Source of the DNA: Candidatus Omnitrophota bacterium
GTDB taxonomy: Bacteria; Omnitrophota; Gorgyraeia; Zapsychrales; Zapsychraceae
Length of the DNA stretch: 64,000 bases
Reading direction: 5' to 3'
Assembly: GCA_015233115.1 (NCBI GenBank)
Contig: JADFYJ010000005.1
Location: 86,359 to 150,358, forward strand
The notes beneath the pieces are model-generated. The model did no database searches. It saw nothing but the letters and a program-made list of their open reading frames with translations, and was not told the DNA's origin. How positions within the stretch are numbered: position 1 is the first letter of the stretch; each line of letters starts with the position of its first letter. The position numbers were made by a program, and so were the translations under genes. Shown piece after piece: positions 9,222 to 19,364 of this stretch.

Positions 9222-10355
9222 TTATTTTATTGCAAAAATTTTTCCAGGTTTTTGTGTGATCAACTTTTTGAGTTCTAATTCTAGCAAAATTAAATTCAAT
9301 TGGGAAACCGGAATATCAATATTTTTTACTAACTCATCAATATGCTCGGTTCCTTTTTTGATAAGAGCATATACTAACTGCTGTGAATCTGTCAATCCCT
9401 GCTTCAAATCATCGACGGTGTTTGGCGGCAATGATCCAGGGATTACGCATAATTTATTTTCTAAACATGCGGATATAGGCAAAGATAATTCTTCCAGCAC
9501 ATCTTCCACGCAGGTAATTAATCGGGCGCCCTGTTTGATTAATTGATTAGTGCCGCTGGCTGTATATGAATCCACTTTTCCCGGAACAGCAAAAACTTCC
9601 CGATTCTGCTCAAGAGCGGTATCTGCCGTAATTAATGCGCCGCTGCGTAGCGCTGCTTCAACGACAATAACACCTAACGACAATCCGCTAATGATTCGAT
9701 TTCTTCGTGGAAAATTATATGGCATAGGTTCGGTATGCATGGGAAACTCTGAAATAACTAAACCATTTATTCCGATCTCTTCTGCTAATTTTTTATTTTC
9801 TGGCGGGTATATGTTGGCTAGTCCTGAACCTAGCACAGCGACAGTAGCGCCTTTGCCTCTAAGCGCGCCTTTATGCGCGGCAGTATCAACACCGCGCGCC
9901 ATTCCCGATATGACTGAAATTCCTAACTCTGCCAGCCGCAAAGCGAATTTATCCGCGATAGATAAACCATACATGGAAGCATGACGCGAACCTACTAAAG
10001 CAACAGATAATTCAGAAATTTTTTTAAGCGCTCCTTTTACATAAAGGACGGCTGGGCAGTCTGAAATGCCATTAAGCCGAGCCGGAAAATTCTCATCTTG
10101 ATAAACCCAAAAACTAACGGTGAATTTTGATAACGCCTGATATTCCTCGTCTAAAAAACGTGGTATTTCAAATTTCAAAAAATTTTGGATAACACTCTTG
10201 GGAATAATATTGGAAAGAATTAAATCGCTTTCGCTGGCATTAACAACGGCAGACGGAGCGCCAAAAAAATCAACGAGTTTTCTAATCCGCTGAGGGCCCA
10301 AACCATTTATAGCGTTTAACACTAATACCGCATCTCTATCATTGATATTCATCAT
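9222..10355 (-). CDS. dprA: DNA processing protein A (Smf)
   Basis: LVGSRHASMYG...GMARGVDTAAHKGAL...GLVISEFPMHTEPMPYNFPRRNRIISGLSLGVIVVEAALRSGALITA. Conserved dprA-topA-xerC neighbourhood. Confidence 0.9.
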   Translation of the reverse strand: MMNINDRDAVLVLNAINGLGPQRIRKLVDFFGAPSAVVNASESDLILSNIIPKSVIQNFLKFEIPRFLDEEYQALSKFTVSFWVYQDENFPARLNGISDCPAVLYVKGALKKISELSVALVGSRHASMYGLSIADKFALRLAELGISVISGMARGVDTAAHKGALRGKGATVAVLGSGLANIYPPENKKLAEEIGINGLVISEFPMHTEPMPYNFPRRNRIISGLSLGVIVVEAALRSGALITADTALEQNREVFAVPGKVDSYTASGTNQLIKQGARLITCVEDVLEELSLPISACLENKLCVIPGSLPPNTVDDLKQGLTDSQQLVYALIKKGTEHIDELVKNIDIPVSQLNLILLELELKKLITQKPGKIFAIK

Positions 10356-10857
10356 ACCATTTCAAAATTTCCTGACCGATCTTCTCTGCTGTTTTGCCAT
10401 CGGTCAGAATTTCCTTATGCGCCGCCTGTTTGTAAAAAATTTCACGCGTAGAAAGCATATCCTGAATTGTTTTTAGAGTATCCGGCACATTAAGTAAAGG
10501 ACGATGGGAATAATGCCTGACTCGTTCTAAAACCGTATCAGGACGAGTAGACAAATAAACCACACAACCTAACGTTCGCAACACCTCAACATTTTTTTGA
10601 TCCAAAACTACGCCACCGCCGCAATCAATCACAATTTCGAGTTTATCCTTTAATTCTTCAACAGCGGCTTTTTCCAACCCTCGAAACACCGCTTCCCCGT
10701 TTTTGACAAAAATATCTTTAATAGAACTATTCGCCCGCTCTTCAATCATCCGGTCTGTTGACACAACCGGCCAGCCTAAATTCTTTCCCAGCCATTGAGC
10801 GACAGTTGACTTACCAGCGCCCATGAATCCAATTAAAATGATTACTTTGCGTAACAT
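10339..10857 (-). CDS. aroK: shikimate kinase
   Basis: MLRKVIILIGFMGAGKSTVAQWLGKNLGWPVVSTDRMIEE... P-loop, size 172 aa. Confidence 0.9.
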   Translation of the reverse strand: MLRKVIILIGFMGAGKSTVAQWLGKNLGWPVVSTDRMIEERANSSIKDIFVKNGEAVFRGLEKAAVEELKDKLEIVIDCGGGVVLDQKNVEVLRTLGCVVYLSTRPDTVLERVRHYSHRPLLNVPDTLKTIQDMLSTREIFYKQAAHKEILTDGKTAEKIGQEILKWYDEYQ

Positions 10858-10929
10858 ATATTTGAATCCCCTTAATTTTTAATTTTTAAATCATAACACA
10901 TTATTTGATATTTTGTCAAATTCGAATTT

Positions 10930-11030
10930 AAAAACAAATTTAAACTCGAATTTGAAATCGGAGAATTCTTATCATAATTTAAAAACAAATTTAAACTCGA
11001 ATTTGAATTCAAAGAATTCTTATCATAATT
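10930..11030. repeat. tandem direct duplication of a roughly 50-bp unit (2 copies) in the aroK / pilin divergent promoter region
   Basis: aaaaacaaatttaaactcgaatttgaaatcggagaattcttatcataatt then aaaaacaaatttaaactcgaatttgaattcaaagaattcttatcataatt. Each unit contains the palindrome aaattcgaattt. Confidence 0.85.
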
Positions 11031-11122
11031 AAAATACACATTTGATTTCAAATGGTTTTGACACTCAACTTATAATATGCCATACTTTAATTAAGCGAAA
11101 CAAAAACTTTGAGGAAATTAAT

Positions 11123-11554
11123 ATGAAAAATACTAAAGGCTTTACTTTAATGGAATTAATGATTGTAGTTATAGTGATTGGCGTCCTTGCCGCGGTCGCA
11201 TTGCCCAGCTTCAATCGAGTCACAGAAATCAGCCGCGCCCAACATGGTATTGATTGGCTTAGAAACGCTTATGGAGCCCAAAGAGCTTTTTTTGTTGCAA
11301 ATGACATCTATACCGGTGCCTTTGCTGATCTTGATGTGGATCTTCTTTATACCGTAAATAATTTCTCCGCAAAAAGTGTAGGGGTGACTGCTACCTCTTG
11401 CGCTTCGATTACCAGAGATGCGGCGTCTGGTTTTGGCTATGGGTTAACCATGAATTGCACAACTGGCTTAATCACTTGCACGGCTGGGGCTGGAGGCACT
11501 GCTGCTGCTGACGCTATAATTTGTGGTCTACTGGGCCACGGAAGTCCTTTTTAA
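11123..11554 (+). CDS. type IV pilin / pseudopilin (prepilin-type N-terminal cleavage/methylation domain)
   Basis: MKNTKG|FTLMELMIVVIVIGVLAAVALP class III signal peptide (G/FTLxE), RBS gaggaaa upstream. Cys-rich C-terminus. The upstream M of the ORF track is rejected. This is the only plus-strand gene in the first 29 kb. Confidence 0.85.
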   Translation: MKNTKGFTLMELMIVVIVIGVLAAVALPSFNRVTEISRAQHGIDWLRNAYGAQRAFFVANDIYTGAFADLDVDLLYTVNNFSAKSVGVTATSCASITRDAASGFGYGLTMNCTTGLITCTAGAGGTAAADAIICGLLGHGSPF

Positions 11555-11610
11555 ATCTAAGCTTTCTTTTCTTTTACTTTTTTCTCGACTATCTTTCCCT
11601 CTGTACTTCT

Positions 11611-12429
11611 TTATAACCTATACCCATTCAATATCCACACAATAATCGGCGGGCCAAAAAATAAAGAAATTATTGCTCCTAAAACTATAAATGGTCCATA
11701 GGCAATTGTACTGTCTTTCGTCCTGATTTTTTCTACAAGTCCGTACACAGCGCCAAATAATGGGGCCAAAAAAAATGTTAATATAGCCAGTTTCCATCCT
11801 AAGAACGCCCCCACCATGGCGAGTAATTTTACGTCACCGCCTCCCATAGATTCTTTTTTAAATAACATATCACCCAGCAATCCCATTAAATAAATTGAAC
11901 CACCACCGGCCAATACTCCAACCAAAGACCATCCTAATGATTTCAAATGAATTAACCAATCAAAACCCGCTATGGCTTGTAACCCATGCATTTCTGGTAT
12001 AAAAAAACTGAAAATCAAACCGAAAATCATCCCTCCCACGCTGATTTCATCAGGAATAATACGGTGGGCAAAGTCAACAAAAGTCGCCACAATAAAACAG
12101 GACATCATAAACACATAGGGTAAATAAAATTTAGAAAGACCGAAATAAACATACATCAAATAAAAAACCACAGCCGTTAATAATTCGACTAAAAAATATA
12201 TGATGGAAAACTTTTCTTTGCAATAACGGCACTGCCCTCCCAGTATCCAATAACTGATCAAGGGAATATTGTCAAACCAGGGAATCATTTTCTGACACTT
12301 AAAACAATGTGACCGCGGCACAACAATCGATTGTTCAAGCGGCATGCGGACTATACACACATTCAAGAAGCTGCCCACCATGGCGCCAAATATAAAAAGA
12401 AAGATGCCGATCACATCAATGCTTACCAT
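11611..12429 (-). CDS. pilD: prepilin peptidase (A24 family)
   Basis: N-terminal zinc-binding CxxC...CxxC (HCFKCQKMIPWFDNIPLISYWILGGQCRYCK) plus polytopic membrane domain with catalytic Asp region. Confidence 0.9.
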   Translation of the reverse strand: MVSIDVIGIFLFIFGAMVGSFLNVCIVRMPLEQSIVVPRSHCFKCQKMIPWFDNIPLISYWILGGQCRYCKEKFSIIYFLVELLTAVVFYLMYVYFGLSKFYLPYVFMMSCFIVATFVDFAHRIIPDEISVGGMIFGLIFSFFIPEMHGLQAIAGFDWLIHLKSLGWSLVGVLAGGGSIYLMGLLGDMLFKKESMGGGDVKLLAMVGAFLGWKLAILTFFLAPLFGAVYGLVEKIRTKDSTIAYGPFIVLGAIISLFFGPPIIVWILNGYRL

Positions 12430-13288
12430 AACAAACCTCCTCGAGTTTATCCCGCATCAAAAGTTTCACGCCCACATCGATCTCCTGCTCTGCCCAATGC
12501 TGTAAAGCCAACACCGCTTGATAATACAGCATGCCCAATCCATTGGCAGACCTGGCTCCGGCATGAACTGCCGCCTGAAGAAGCAAAGTTTGCGCCGGAT
12601 TGTAAATCAAATCATAAACCAGCATATGCGAATGTAATAATTTTGGATTAATCAAAAGTGGATCTGTTGGTTTCATCCCAACAGTTGTGGTATTGATCAA
12701 AATATCGCACAATTCAATATTCAAATCTTCAACGGAAGTAACAGTTGAAACATTATCCACATTCATCCGTTGGCCTAAATCCGCCACCAAATCGACTGCT
12801 TTTTGAGGCGTGCGATTAATTATTTTAATAGACTCGGGCCGTTCAATATCCAAACATAAAGACGTTAAAATCGCCCGGCTAGCCCCTCCCGCGCCAAGGA
12901 TGGCAATACGCTGATCCGCAGTTGAAACTCCCAATTCAGCCAAATGACAAATGAACCCAGGTCCATCTGTATTATAGCCGGTTAGTTTCCGTTTATCGTC
13001 AATCATAATCGTATTTACTGCGCCAGCCTTTTCAGCAAACGGCGATAGTGCATCCAAAAAAGGAATCACTTTCTCTTTATACGGCACAGTAACGTTTAAC
13101 CCGAATATCGGCGACGAAACCTCTTTCAATGATTGAAAAAATCCGTCCAATTCATTGTCCTTAAGCGGAAAAAGTTTGTAAACCGCGTCCACTTCCAAAG
13201 CCTCAAACGCCGTATTCAGCATAGCCGGCGAAAAACTGTGCGCTACCGGATTCCCGATAAGTCCATAAGTAGATTGTTGGTCATCCAT
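12416..13288 (-). CDS. aroE: shikimate dehydrogenase
   Basis: YGLIGNPVAHSFSPAMLNTAFEAL...NVTVPYKEKV...TDGPGF...ILGAGGASRAI. Confidence 0.9.
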   Translation of the reverse strand: MDDQQSTYGLIGNPVAHSFSPAMLNTAFEALEVDAVYKLFPLKDNELDGFFQSLKEVSSPIFGLNVTVPYKEKVIPFLDALSPFAEKAGAVNTIMIDDKRKLTGYNTDGPGFICHLAELGVSTADQRIAILGAGGASRAILTSLCLDIERPESIKIINRTPQKAVDLVADLGQRMNVDNVSTVTSVEDLNIELCDILINTTTVGMKPTDPLLINPKLLHSHMLVYDLIYNPAQTLLLQAAVHAGARSANGLGMLYYQAVLALQHWAEQEIDVGVKLLMRDKLEEVCYGKH

Positions 13289-14808
13289 TATTTTTTTACC
13301 GATAATATTTTATTCACCGCATTTATATACGCTTTCGCCGATGCTTCGACAATGTCTGTGCTGGCACCGTGAGCGATCACTGTTTCTTGTTTGGCTTTCA
13401 GTTTAATCGTGACCTCACCGATCGCGTCCTCACCTTGAGTCACAGAATGGATATTATAATCCAATAATTCTCCTTTAACTTTTGTGATCAAATCAATGGC
13501 TTTATAACACGCGTCCACAGGCCCGTCACCGGTCAAAGTTTTCGTGACAACCTTACCGCTGGATTTTAACGCAATGGTCATCATAGGTTCAACCTGGGTT
13601 CCGCTTTTGTATTCCAGACTGTGCAGAGTCCAGATATTTTTTACAATACGGACTTCATCCTCAATGATCGCGAAAAGATCCTCGTCATATATTTCTTTTT
13701 TCTTGTCTGCCACAATCTTGAAACGTTCAAACGCCTGATCAATTTGAGCTTCAGTCAATTTGATGCCCAGCAATTTCAAACGTTCAGAAAAACCATGGCG
13801 GCCGGAATGCTTGCCCAAAACCAACCCAGTTCCGGTAAACCCGACATCTTCCCCATGGATCACTTCATACGTCGAACGTTCAGCCAAAACGCCATGCTGG
13901 TGAATTCCCGATTCATGCAGAAAAGCATTACCACCGACAATGGCTTTATTTGGCGCGACCGCGAAACCTGACGCTTTGCTCACCAGACGGGAAACCCTGC
14001 ATATCTCTGCTGTCTTGATATTTGTTTCGCAATGATAAATATCCTTACGTGTTTTTAACGCCATAACAATTTCTTCCATAGCCGCATTGCCGGCCCGCTC
14101 ACCTATGCCATTGACTGTGCATTCCACCTGACGCGCGCCATTTTCAACCGCGGCCAGCGAATTAGATACGGACAGCCCCAAATCATCATGACAATGAACG
14201 GAAATAACAGCTTTGTTGATATTAGGCACATTATTCTTCACATGAGCAATTAACTGACCAAACAAAGACGGAACCGTATACCCCACCGTATCCGGAATAT
14301 TGACGGTTGTCGCGCCGGCTTTAATGACCGCTTCGATCACTTTACACAAAAAATCCCGGTCTGATCGCGACGCGTCTTCAGCAGAAAATTCCACATCCGC
14401 CATTTTACCGCGGGCATATTTAACAGCTTCGATCGCCATAGCCAAAACTTCATCTGGCGACTTCTTTAATTTGAATTTCATGTGAATATTGGAGGTGGCC
14501 AAAAAAACATGGATCCGCCCGTGCTTGGCGTTTTTTAACGCATCATAAGCCGCATCAATATCTTTTTTCACCGAGCGAGCTAAACCCGCCACAATCGACT
14601 TCTTGACATTTTTCGCCACCAGTTTAACCGATTCAAAGTCGCCGGGCGAACTGACCGGAAAACCCGCCTCAATAATATCAACCCCCATATACTCCAATGC
14701 CGAAGCAATGGCCAGTTTCTCATCCCGGTTCATGCTGGCGCCAGGAGCCTGCTCCCCGTCGCGCAATGTCGTATCAAAAATTAACACCTTATCCATTTTT
14801 TTTATCAT
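13288..14808 (-). CDS. leuA: 2-isopropylmalate synthase / (R)-citramalate synthase family
   Basis: VLIFDTTLRDGEQAPGASMNRDEKLAIASALEYMGVDIIEAGFP... DRE-TIM barrel plus LeuA dimerisation domain. LeuA versus CimA cannot be decided from sequence alone. Confidence 0.85.
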   Translation of the reverse strand: MIKKMDKVLIFDTTLRDGEQAPGASMNRDEKLAIASALEYMGVDIIEAGFPVSSPGDFESVKLVAKNVKKSIVAGLARSVKKDIDAAYDALKNAKHGRIHVFLATSNIHMKFKLKKSPDEVLAMAIEAVKYARGKMADVEFSAEDASRSDRDFLCKVIEAVIKAGATTVNIPDTVGYTVPSLFGQLIAHVKNNVPNINKAVISVHCHDDLGLSVSNSLAAVENGARQVECTVNGIGERAGNAAMEEIVMALKTRKDIYHCETNIKTAEICRVSRLVSKASGFAVAPNKAIVGGNAFLHESGIHQHGVLAERSTYEVIHGEDVGFTGTGLVLGKHSGRHGFSERLKLLGIKLTEAQIDQAFERFKIVADKKKEIYDEDLFAIIEDEVRIVKNIWTLHSLEYKSGTQVEPMMTIALKSSGKVVTKTLTGDGPVDACYKAIDLITKVKGELLDYNIHSVTQGEDAIGEVTIKLKAKQETVIAHGASTDIVEASAKAYINAVNKILSVKK

Positions 14809-14871
14809 AAATTATGCTCCGCTTACAAAAAAAGATTAAACTAAAAACAAAAAAACGATAATTTTGTAACG

Positions 14872-14990
14872 GGCGATCAGGAGATCGCCCCTACGACCAA
14901 GGACGCAATGTCCGCGTAGTGCTGGAAACTCCGCGCGCTGTACAACAGCTAAATACATATTTTTTTTATTTCGTAGGGGCGATCTCCCGA
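14872..14990. other. leuA leader: two 27-nt GC-rich hairpins (gggcgatcaggagatcgcccctacga / tcgtaggggcgatctcccgatcgccc) that are reverse complements of each other and bracket a 65-nt spacer. Possible attenuator or regulatory RNA.
   Basis: Read directly from the sequence. Located 60-180 nt upstream of the leuA start on the transcribed strand. No T-box consensus seen. Confidence 0.4.
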
Positions 14991-15056
14991 TCGCCCGCAT
15001 CAATCGTTTTTAAATAAAAAACAAAAACAATAATGTCAAAATTATATCCTGATATC

Positions 15057-15092
15057 ATAAAAAAGACCATAGAAAATTCTATGGTCTTTTTA
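15057..15092. terminator. bidirectional intrinsic terminator
   Basis: ataaaaaa-gaccatagaaaattctatggtc-tttttatt. Perfect 9-bp stem with A-run on one side and T-run on the other. Confidence 0.6.
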
Positions 15093-15140
15093 TTATAGGC
15101 CGCTGAGACCGTGGCCTCACGTTTTTATCTTCAACAATTA

Positions 15141-15176
15141 CTTTTTTTAAAAAAGGGCGATTCGTGAATCGCCCCT
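15141..15176 (-). terminator. intrinsic terminator downstream of ilvC
   Basis: gggcgattcgtgaatcgccc hairpin followed on the minus strand by ttttttaaaaaaag. Confidence 0.65.
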
Positions 15177-15182
15177 GCGCTT

Positions 15183-15215
15183 GCCACATACCACATGCTA
15201 CATGCTACATGCTAT
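15183..15215. repeat. half element: R arm only (TACATGC type), directly after ilvC stop; a core-like catcaatcgttttt lies at 14998-15011
   Basis: gccacataccacatgctacatgctacatgctat. Confidence 0.7.
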
Positions 15216-15217
15216 TT

Positions 15218-16207
15218 TTATTCCATCCAAGGCATCATACCGCGCAATTTTTTGCCAACAGCCTCAATCGGATGTTTGGCGGATGCTTGACGGTATTTAT
15301 TAAAATTCGGCCTGCCTTTTTTATTTTCCTCAATCCATTCTTTGGCAAATTTGCCGGTTTGGATTTCTTTGAGAATTTTCTGCATCTCAGCGCGGGTCTT
15401 TTTGTTAATAATCCTCGGACCACGGGAATAATCGCCATATTCCGCTGTATCAGAAACTCTGCGGCGCATGCCGTCGATACCTTTGGAATAAATCAAATCT
15501 GTGATCAACTTTAACTCATGCAGACATTCGTAATACGCGATTTCAGGAGCGTATCCGGCATTCACTAATGTTTCAAAACCGGCATAAATCAATTCACTGC
15601 ATCCGCCGCATAAAACCACTTGCTCGCCGAAAAGATCAGTTTCTGTCTCTTCTTTGAACGTTGTTTCAATAACGCCGGCGCGGGTGCCGCCAATGCCTTT
15701 AGCATAAGCTAACGCGTCTTTTAAAGCATGCTTTGAAGCATCCTGATAAATAGCCACCAAACAAGGAACGCCTTTTCCTTCTTCATATTGCTGACGAACT
15801 AAAGCGCCCGGCCCTTTAGGAGCGATCATCCACACGTCGACATTCTTCGGCGGAACAATCTGTTTAAAATGAATATTAAATCCGTGAGAAAACACTAATG
15901 ACTTACCAGGTTTCATTTCTGCGGCAATGAACTTATTATACATATCCGCTTGCACATGATCCTGAGTCAAAATCTGGATGATGTCGCCATCTTTAGCCGC
16001 TGTTGCCGCATCGACTGGTTTGAACCCATCTTTCAAAGCGATCTTATAATTTTCCGTATCCTTAAGTTCGCTGACAATCACTTTAAGTCCGCTATCACGC
16101 AAGTTCATGGCTTGACTACGACCCTGAATACCATAACCGATAATAGCAATTGTTTTGCCTTTTAATTGCTTTAAGTCTGCTTGTTTATCATTATAAATCT
16201 TAACCAT
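15218..16207 (-). CDS. ilvC: ketol-acid reductoisomerase
   Basis: [31 protein letters not shown]... Rossmann plus C-terminal knotted domain. 329 aa, class I KARI. Confidence 0.93.
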   Translation of the reverse strand: MVKIYNDKQADLKQLKGKTIAIIGYGIQGRSQAMNLRDSGLKVIVSELKDTENYKIALKDGFKPVDAATAAKDGDIIQILTQDHVQADMYNKFIAAEMKPGKSLVFSHGFNIHFKQIVPPKNVDVWMIAPKGPGALVRQQYEEGKGVPCLVAIYQDASKHALKDALAYAKGIGGTRAGVIETTFKEETETDLFGEQVVLCGGCSELIYAGFETLVNAGYAPEIAYYECLHELKLITDLIYSKGIDGMRRRVSDTAEYGDYSRGPRIINKKTRAEMQKILKEIQTGKFAKEWIEENKKGRPNFNKYRQASAKHPIEAVGKKLRGMMPWME

Positions 16208-16237
16208 ACTGTGTCCTTTCCGTGTTCAAATTTTAAA

Positions 16238-16350
16238 AGTAACAAAGTGACAAAGTAACAGAGTAACAAAGAAACAACAAAAAACGAACGTTTTTTTGCA
16301 TCAATCGCTTTTGTCTCTGTCACTCGGTTACTTGGTTACTCGGTTACTTT
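16238..16350. repeat. paired repeat-array element (GTAACAGAG 9-mer type): L 16238-16278, palindromic mini-loop aaaaaacgaacgttttttt, core catcaatcgctttt 16299-16312, R 16314-16350
   Basis: Between ahcY stop and ilvC start. Arms are mutual reverse complements. Confidence 0.85.
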
Positions 16351-16351
16351 C

Positions 16352-17767
16352 TTAATATCTGTAATGTTCCGGCTTATACGGTCCTTCGACTGATACGCCG
16401 ATATACTTCGCCTGCTTAGGCGTTAATTTCGTTAATTTCGCGCCGACTTTTTCCAAATGCAGGCGAGCCACTTCTTCATCAAGTCTTTTAGGCAAACGAT
16501 AAACATCGACAGGATATTTATTCGTCCACAATTCAATTTGCGCCAAAGTCTGGTTAGTAAATGAATTGCTCATAACGAACGAAGGATGTCCGGTCGCGCA
16601 GCCCAAATTGACTAAACGGCCTTCAGCCAAAAGTAAAATAGCGTGTCCATCAGGAAAAACAAATTGATCGACTTGCGGTTTAATATTAATCCGCTTGATC
16701 CCTTTTCCCTGCATGAGACCTGCCACTTCAATTTCATTGTCAAAATGGCCGATGTTACACACAATCGCCATATGCTTCATTTTAGCCATATGCGCGGAGG
16801 TAATGATTTCCGCGTTACCCGTTGCTGTAACAAAAATATCGCCTTCTGCCAAACAATCTTCCACAGTCTTAACTTCAAAACCTTCCATGGACGCTTGCAA
16901 AGCGCAGATCGGGTCAATCTCAGTGACAATGACGCGGGCGCCGTAGGTACTTAAGGAGCGGGCACAACCTTTGCCCACATCGCCGTAACCGCACACCACA
17001 GCCACTTTACCAGCTAACATAACGCCGGTCGCGCGCTTTATACCGTCTGCCAATGATTCGCGGCAGCCGTATAAATTATCGAATTTCGATTTTGTCACTG
17101 AATCATTCACATTAAACGCCGGGAATTTTAAAATTCCCGCTTCTTTCATTTGATATAAACGATGAACGCCGGTCGTGGTCTCTTCGGACACGCCCTTCAT
17201 GCGTTTCATCATTTTATGCCAAATTTTCGGCGTTTCTTTAAGCATGTCTTTCAAACACGCGTAAAGTTCCTGTTCATCTTCCGTCGAAACTTTAGCGTTT
17301 AAAACTTTTGGATTGTCTTCAGCTTCAAAACCTTTATGCATCATCAAGGTCGCGTCGCCGCCGTCATCCACGATCAAATCCGGGCCATCTCCATCCGGCC
17401 AGATCAAAGCTTTCTTGGTACACCACCAATATTCCTTTAAAGTCTCACCCTTCCAGGCATACACCGGCACGCCGTAATCAACAATCGCTGCCGCAGCTGC
17501 GTCAACGGTCGAGAAAATATTACAGCTCACCCAGCGGACATCCGCGCCTAATTCCACGAGTGTTTTGATCAACACCGCGGTCTGGGTCGTCATATGCAAT
17601 GACCCCATGATCCGGCTGCCTTTAAGGATTTTTTTTGATCCGTATTTTTTCCGTAAAGCCATAAGGCCTGGCATTTCAATTTCTGCCAATTCGATCTCTT
17701 TATGACCAAGCTCGGCCAACGAAAGATCTCTCACCTTAAAATCTTTTCGTTTAATAACGTCGTTCAT
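16352..17767 (-). CDS. ahcY: adenosylhomocysteinase
   Basis: [29 protein letters not shown]...[20 protein letters not shown]... Full-length SAH hydrolase. Confidence 0.93.
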   Translation of the reverse strand: MNDVIKRKDFKVRDLSLAELGHKEIELAEIEMPGLMALRKKYGSKKILKGSRIMGSLHMTTQTAVLIKTLVELGADVRWVSCNIFSTVDAAAAAIVDYGVPVYAWKGETLKEYWWCTKKALIWPDGDGPDLIVDDGGDATLMMHKGFEAEDNPKVLNAKVSTEDEQELYACLKDMLKETPKIWHKMMKRMKGVSEETTTGVHRLYQMKEAGILKFPAFNVNDSVTKSKFDNLYGCRESLADGIKRATGVMLAGKVAVVCGYGDVGKGCARSLSTYGARVIVTEIDPICALQASMEGFEVKTVEDCLAEGDIFVTATGNAEIITSAHMAKMKHMAIVCNIGHFDNEIEVAGLMQGKGIKRINIKPQVDQFVFPDGHAILLLAEGRLVNLGCATGHPSFVMSNSFTNQTLAQIELWTNKYPVDVYRLPKRLDEEVARLHLEKVGAKLTKLTPKQAKYIGVSVEGPYKPEHYRY

Positions 17768-18924
17768 TACACTCCCTTTTTAAGAATTGAAGCCATGTCA
17801 GTTTTTTCCCAAGTAAACTCATTACGGCCAAAATGACCATAGGCAGCAGTCTTGCGGAAAACCGGTTTACGTAAATCTAATTTTGTGATAATGCCTTTAG
17901 GCGTTAAATCAAAATTCTTACGAATCAACTGAACTAAAATTTGTTCGGACACTGTACCAGTACCAAACGTATCCACAAAAATACTTAATGGTTCAGGATA
18001 ACCAATCGCGTAGCTTAACTGAATCAAACATTTTTTAGCTAAACCGGCTGCCACGATATTTTTGGAAATATAACGAGCCATGTAAGCCGCAGAACGGTCT
18101 ACCTTGGTCGGATCTTTTCCTGAAAATGCGCCGCCGCCGTGAGGAACCACGCCGCCGTAAGTATCCACAATAATCTTACGTCCGGTCATACCTGTATCTG
18201 ATTGCGGGCCGCCCACTACAAATTTACCGGTTTCATTGACAAAAAATTTAGTTTTCTTATCAATTAATTTACCAACAATCGGCTGTGCGATCACGTCGAT
18301 AATCTCGTTACGCGCTTTAGTCGTGATTTTTTTACCCGTCTTATCCAAAATATCTTCAGTATGCTGACAAGCCAAAACCACCGCATCAACGCGTGTTGGT
18401 TGACCATTGTCATATTCGACAGTCACTTGACTCTTGCAATCCGGCCCTAAATATTTCAACTCATTGCTCTTGCGCACTTCTTCAACACGTTTGACCAATT
18501 TATGCGCTAATGTAATAGGAAGCGGCATATATTCTTTGGTTTCATCCGTCGCGTAACCATACATAATTCCCTGATCGCCTGCCCCGCCGGCGTCAACACC
18601 TTGAGAAATATCCGGAGACTGGGCATTGATCGCGTTTAAGATCGAGCAGGTTCTGCCGTCAAAACCATATTTTTGATGAGTATATCCAATATCTTCCAAA
18701 AGACCGCGCACCAATTTTGGAACGTCAATGTACGTTTTGGTGGTAATTTCACCGCCGACGATAACCAAGCCCATGGTAACAAATGTTTCGCAAGCCACAC
18801 GGCCCATAGGATCATCTTTTAAAACCGCATCCAACACTGAGTCGGAAATTTGATCGCAGACCTTATCCGGATGTCCAGCACCCACTGATTCTGAAGTAAT
18901 GAAATAATTTCCTTTCACCTTCAA
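17767..18924 (-). CDS. metK: S-adenosylmethionine synthetase
   Basis: [28 protein letters not shown]...[24 protein letters not shown]. Start is TTG at 18924 or GTG at 18918 (RBS aaaggcggg). Confidence 0.93.
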   Translation of the reverse strand: MKVKGNYFITSESVGAGHPDKVCDQISDSVLDAVLKDDPMGRVACETFVTMGLVIVGGEITTKTYIDVPKLVRGLLEDIGYTHQKYGFDGRTCSILNAINAQSPDISQGVDAGGAGDQGIMYGYATDETKEYMPLPITLAHKLVKRVEEVRKSNELKYLGPDCKSQVTVEYDNGQPTRVDAVVLACQHTEDILDKTGKKITTKARNEIIDVIAQPIVGKLIDKKTKFFVNETGKFVVGGPQSDTGMTGRKIIVDTYGGVVPHGGGAFSGKDPTKVDRSAAYMARYISKNIVAAGLAKKCLIQLSYAIGYPEPLSIFVDTFGTGTVSEQILVQLIRKNFDLTPKGIITKLDLRKPVFRKTAAYGHFGRNEFTWEKTDMASILKKGV

Positions 18925-18965
18925 CCCGCCTTTCTTTAATGATGCATGTTATGAATATTTTAATA

Positions 18966-19364
18966 AGTAACAGAGTAACAGAGTAACAGAGTAACAGAGT
19001 AACAGAGTAACAGAGTGACCGAGTAAAAAACTAAAAAAGCGAATGAGTAAAAACGTCTAAGTAACAAAGTAACGACAAACTGAATAAAAAAGCTACTGAG
19101 TAAAAGCAGCTAAGTAATAAAACTCCAAAATAACAACGCTCCAAACTAACAGAAAAAATGAAATTGGTCAAAAAAAATATTATGATTTTTAAAAAGCAAA
19201 AAAACAATAAAAGTTAAAAAAAATTATCTTATTAAACTTACATCGTTTCTCTAACTTACCGCTTTATTCTCATCAATCGCCTTTTCTCACCAATCGCCTT
19301 TTTCTCTGTTACTCTGTTACTCGATTACTTGGTTACTCTTTGCTCTCGGTTACTTTGTCACTCC
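18966..19364. repeat. paired repeat-array element (GTAACAGAG type): L has 6 perfect agtaacaga units plus degenerate copies to about 19110; AT-rich spacer; two core copies (catcaatcgcctttt, caccaatcgccttttt) 19271-19303; R 19304-19364
   Basis: Between the nucleotidyltransferase 3' end and metK start. The R arm supplies the nucleotidyltransferase stop codon. Confidence 0.85.

Noticed and set aside
11042-11122. Longer pilin ORF starting at 11042 and a sigma-54 promoter for the pilin
   Set aside because: The prepilin leader must be short and positively charged before G|FTLxE. ATG 11123 with RBS gaggaaa fits; the upstream Met adds 27 unrelated residues. No TGGCAC-N5-TTGC element was found.
14872-14990. 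T-box riboswitch or leu leader peptide upstream of leuA
   Set aside because: No T-box consensus (AGGGUGGNACCGCG-like) and no short Leu-codon-rich ORF found. Kept only as an unexplained nested palindrome.
18966-19030. Possible CRISPR array (regular short repeats)
   Set aside because: Units are 7-14 bp in direct tandem with no spacers, far from CRISPR geometry (repeats of 24-48 bp separated by spacers of similar length). No cas genes are present.
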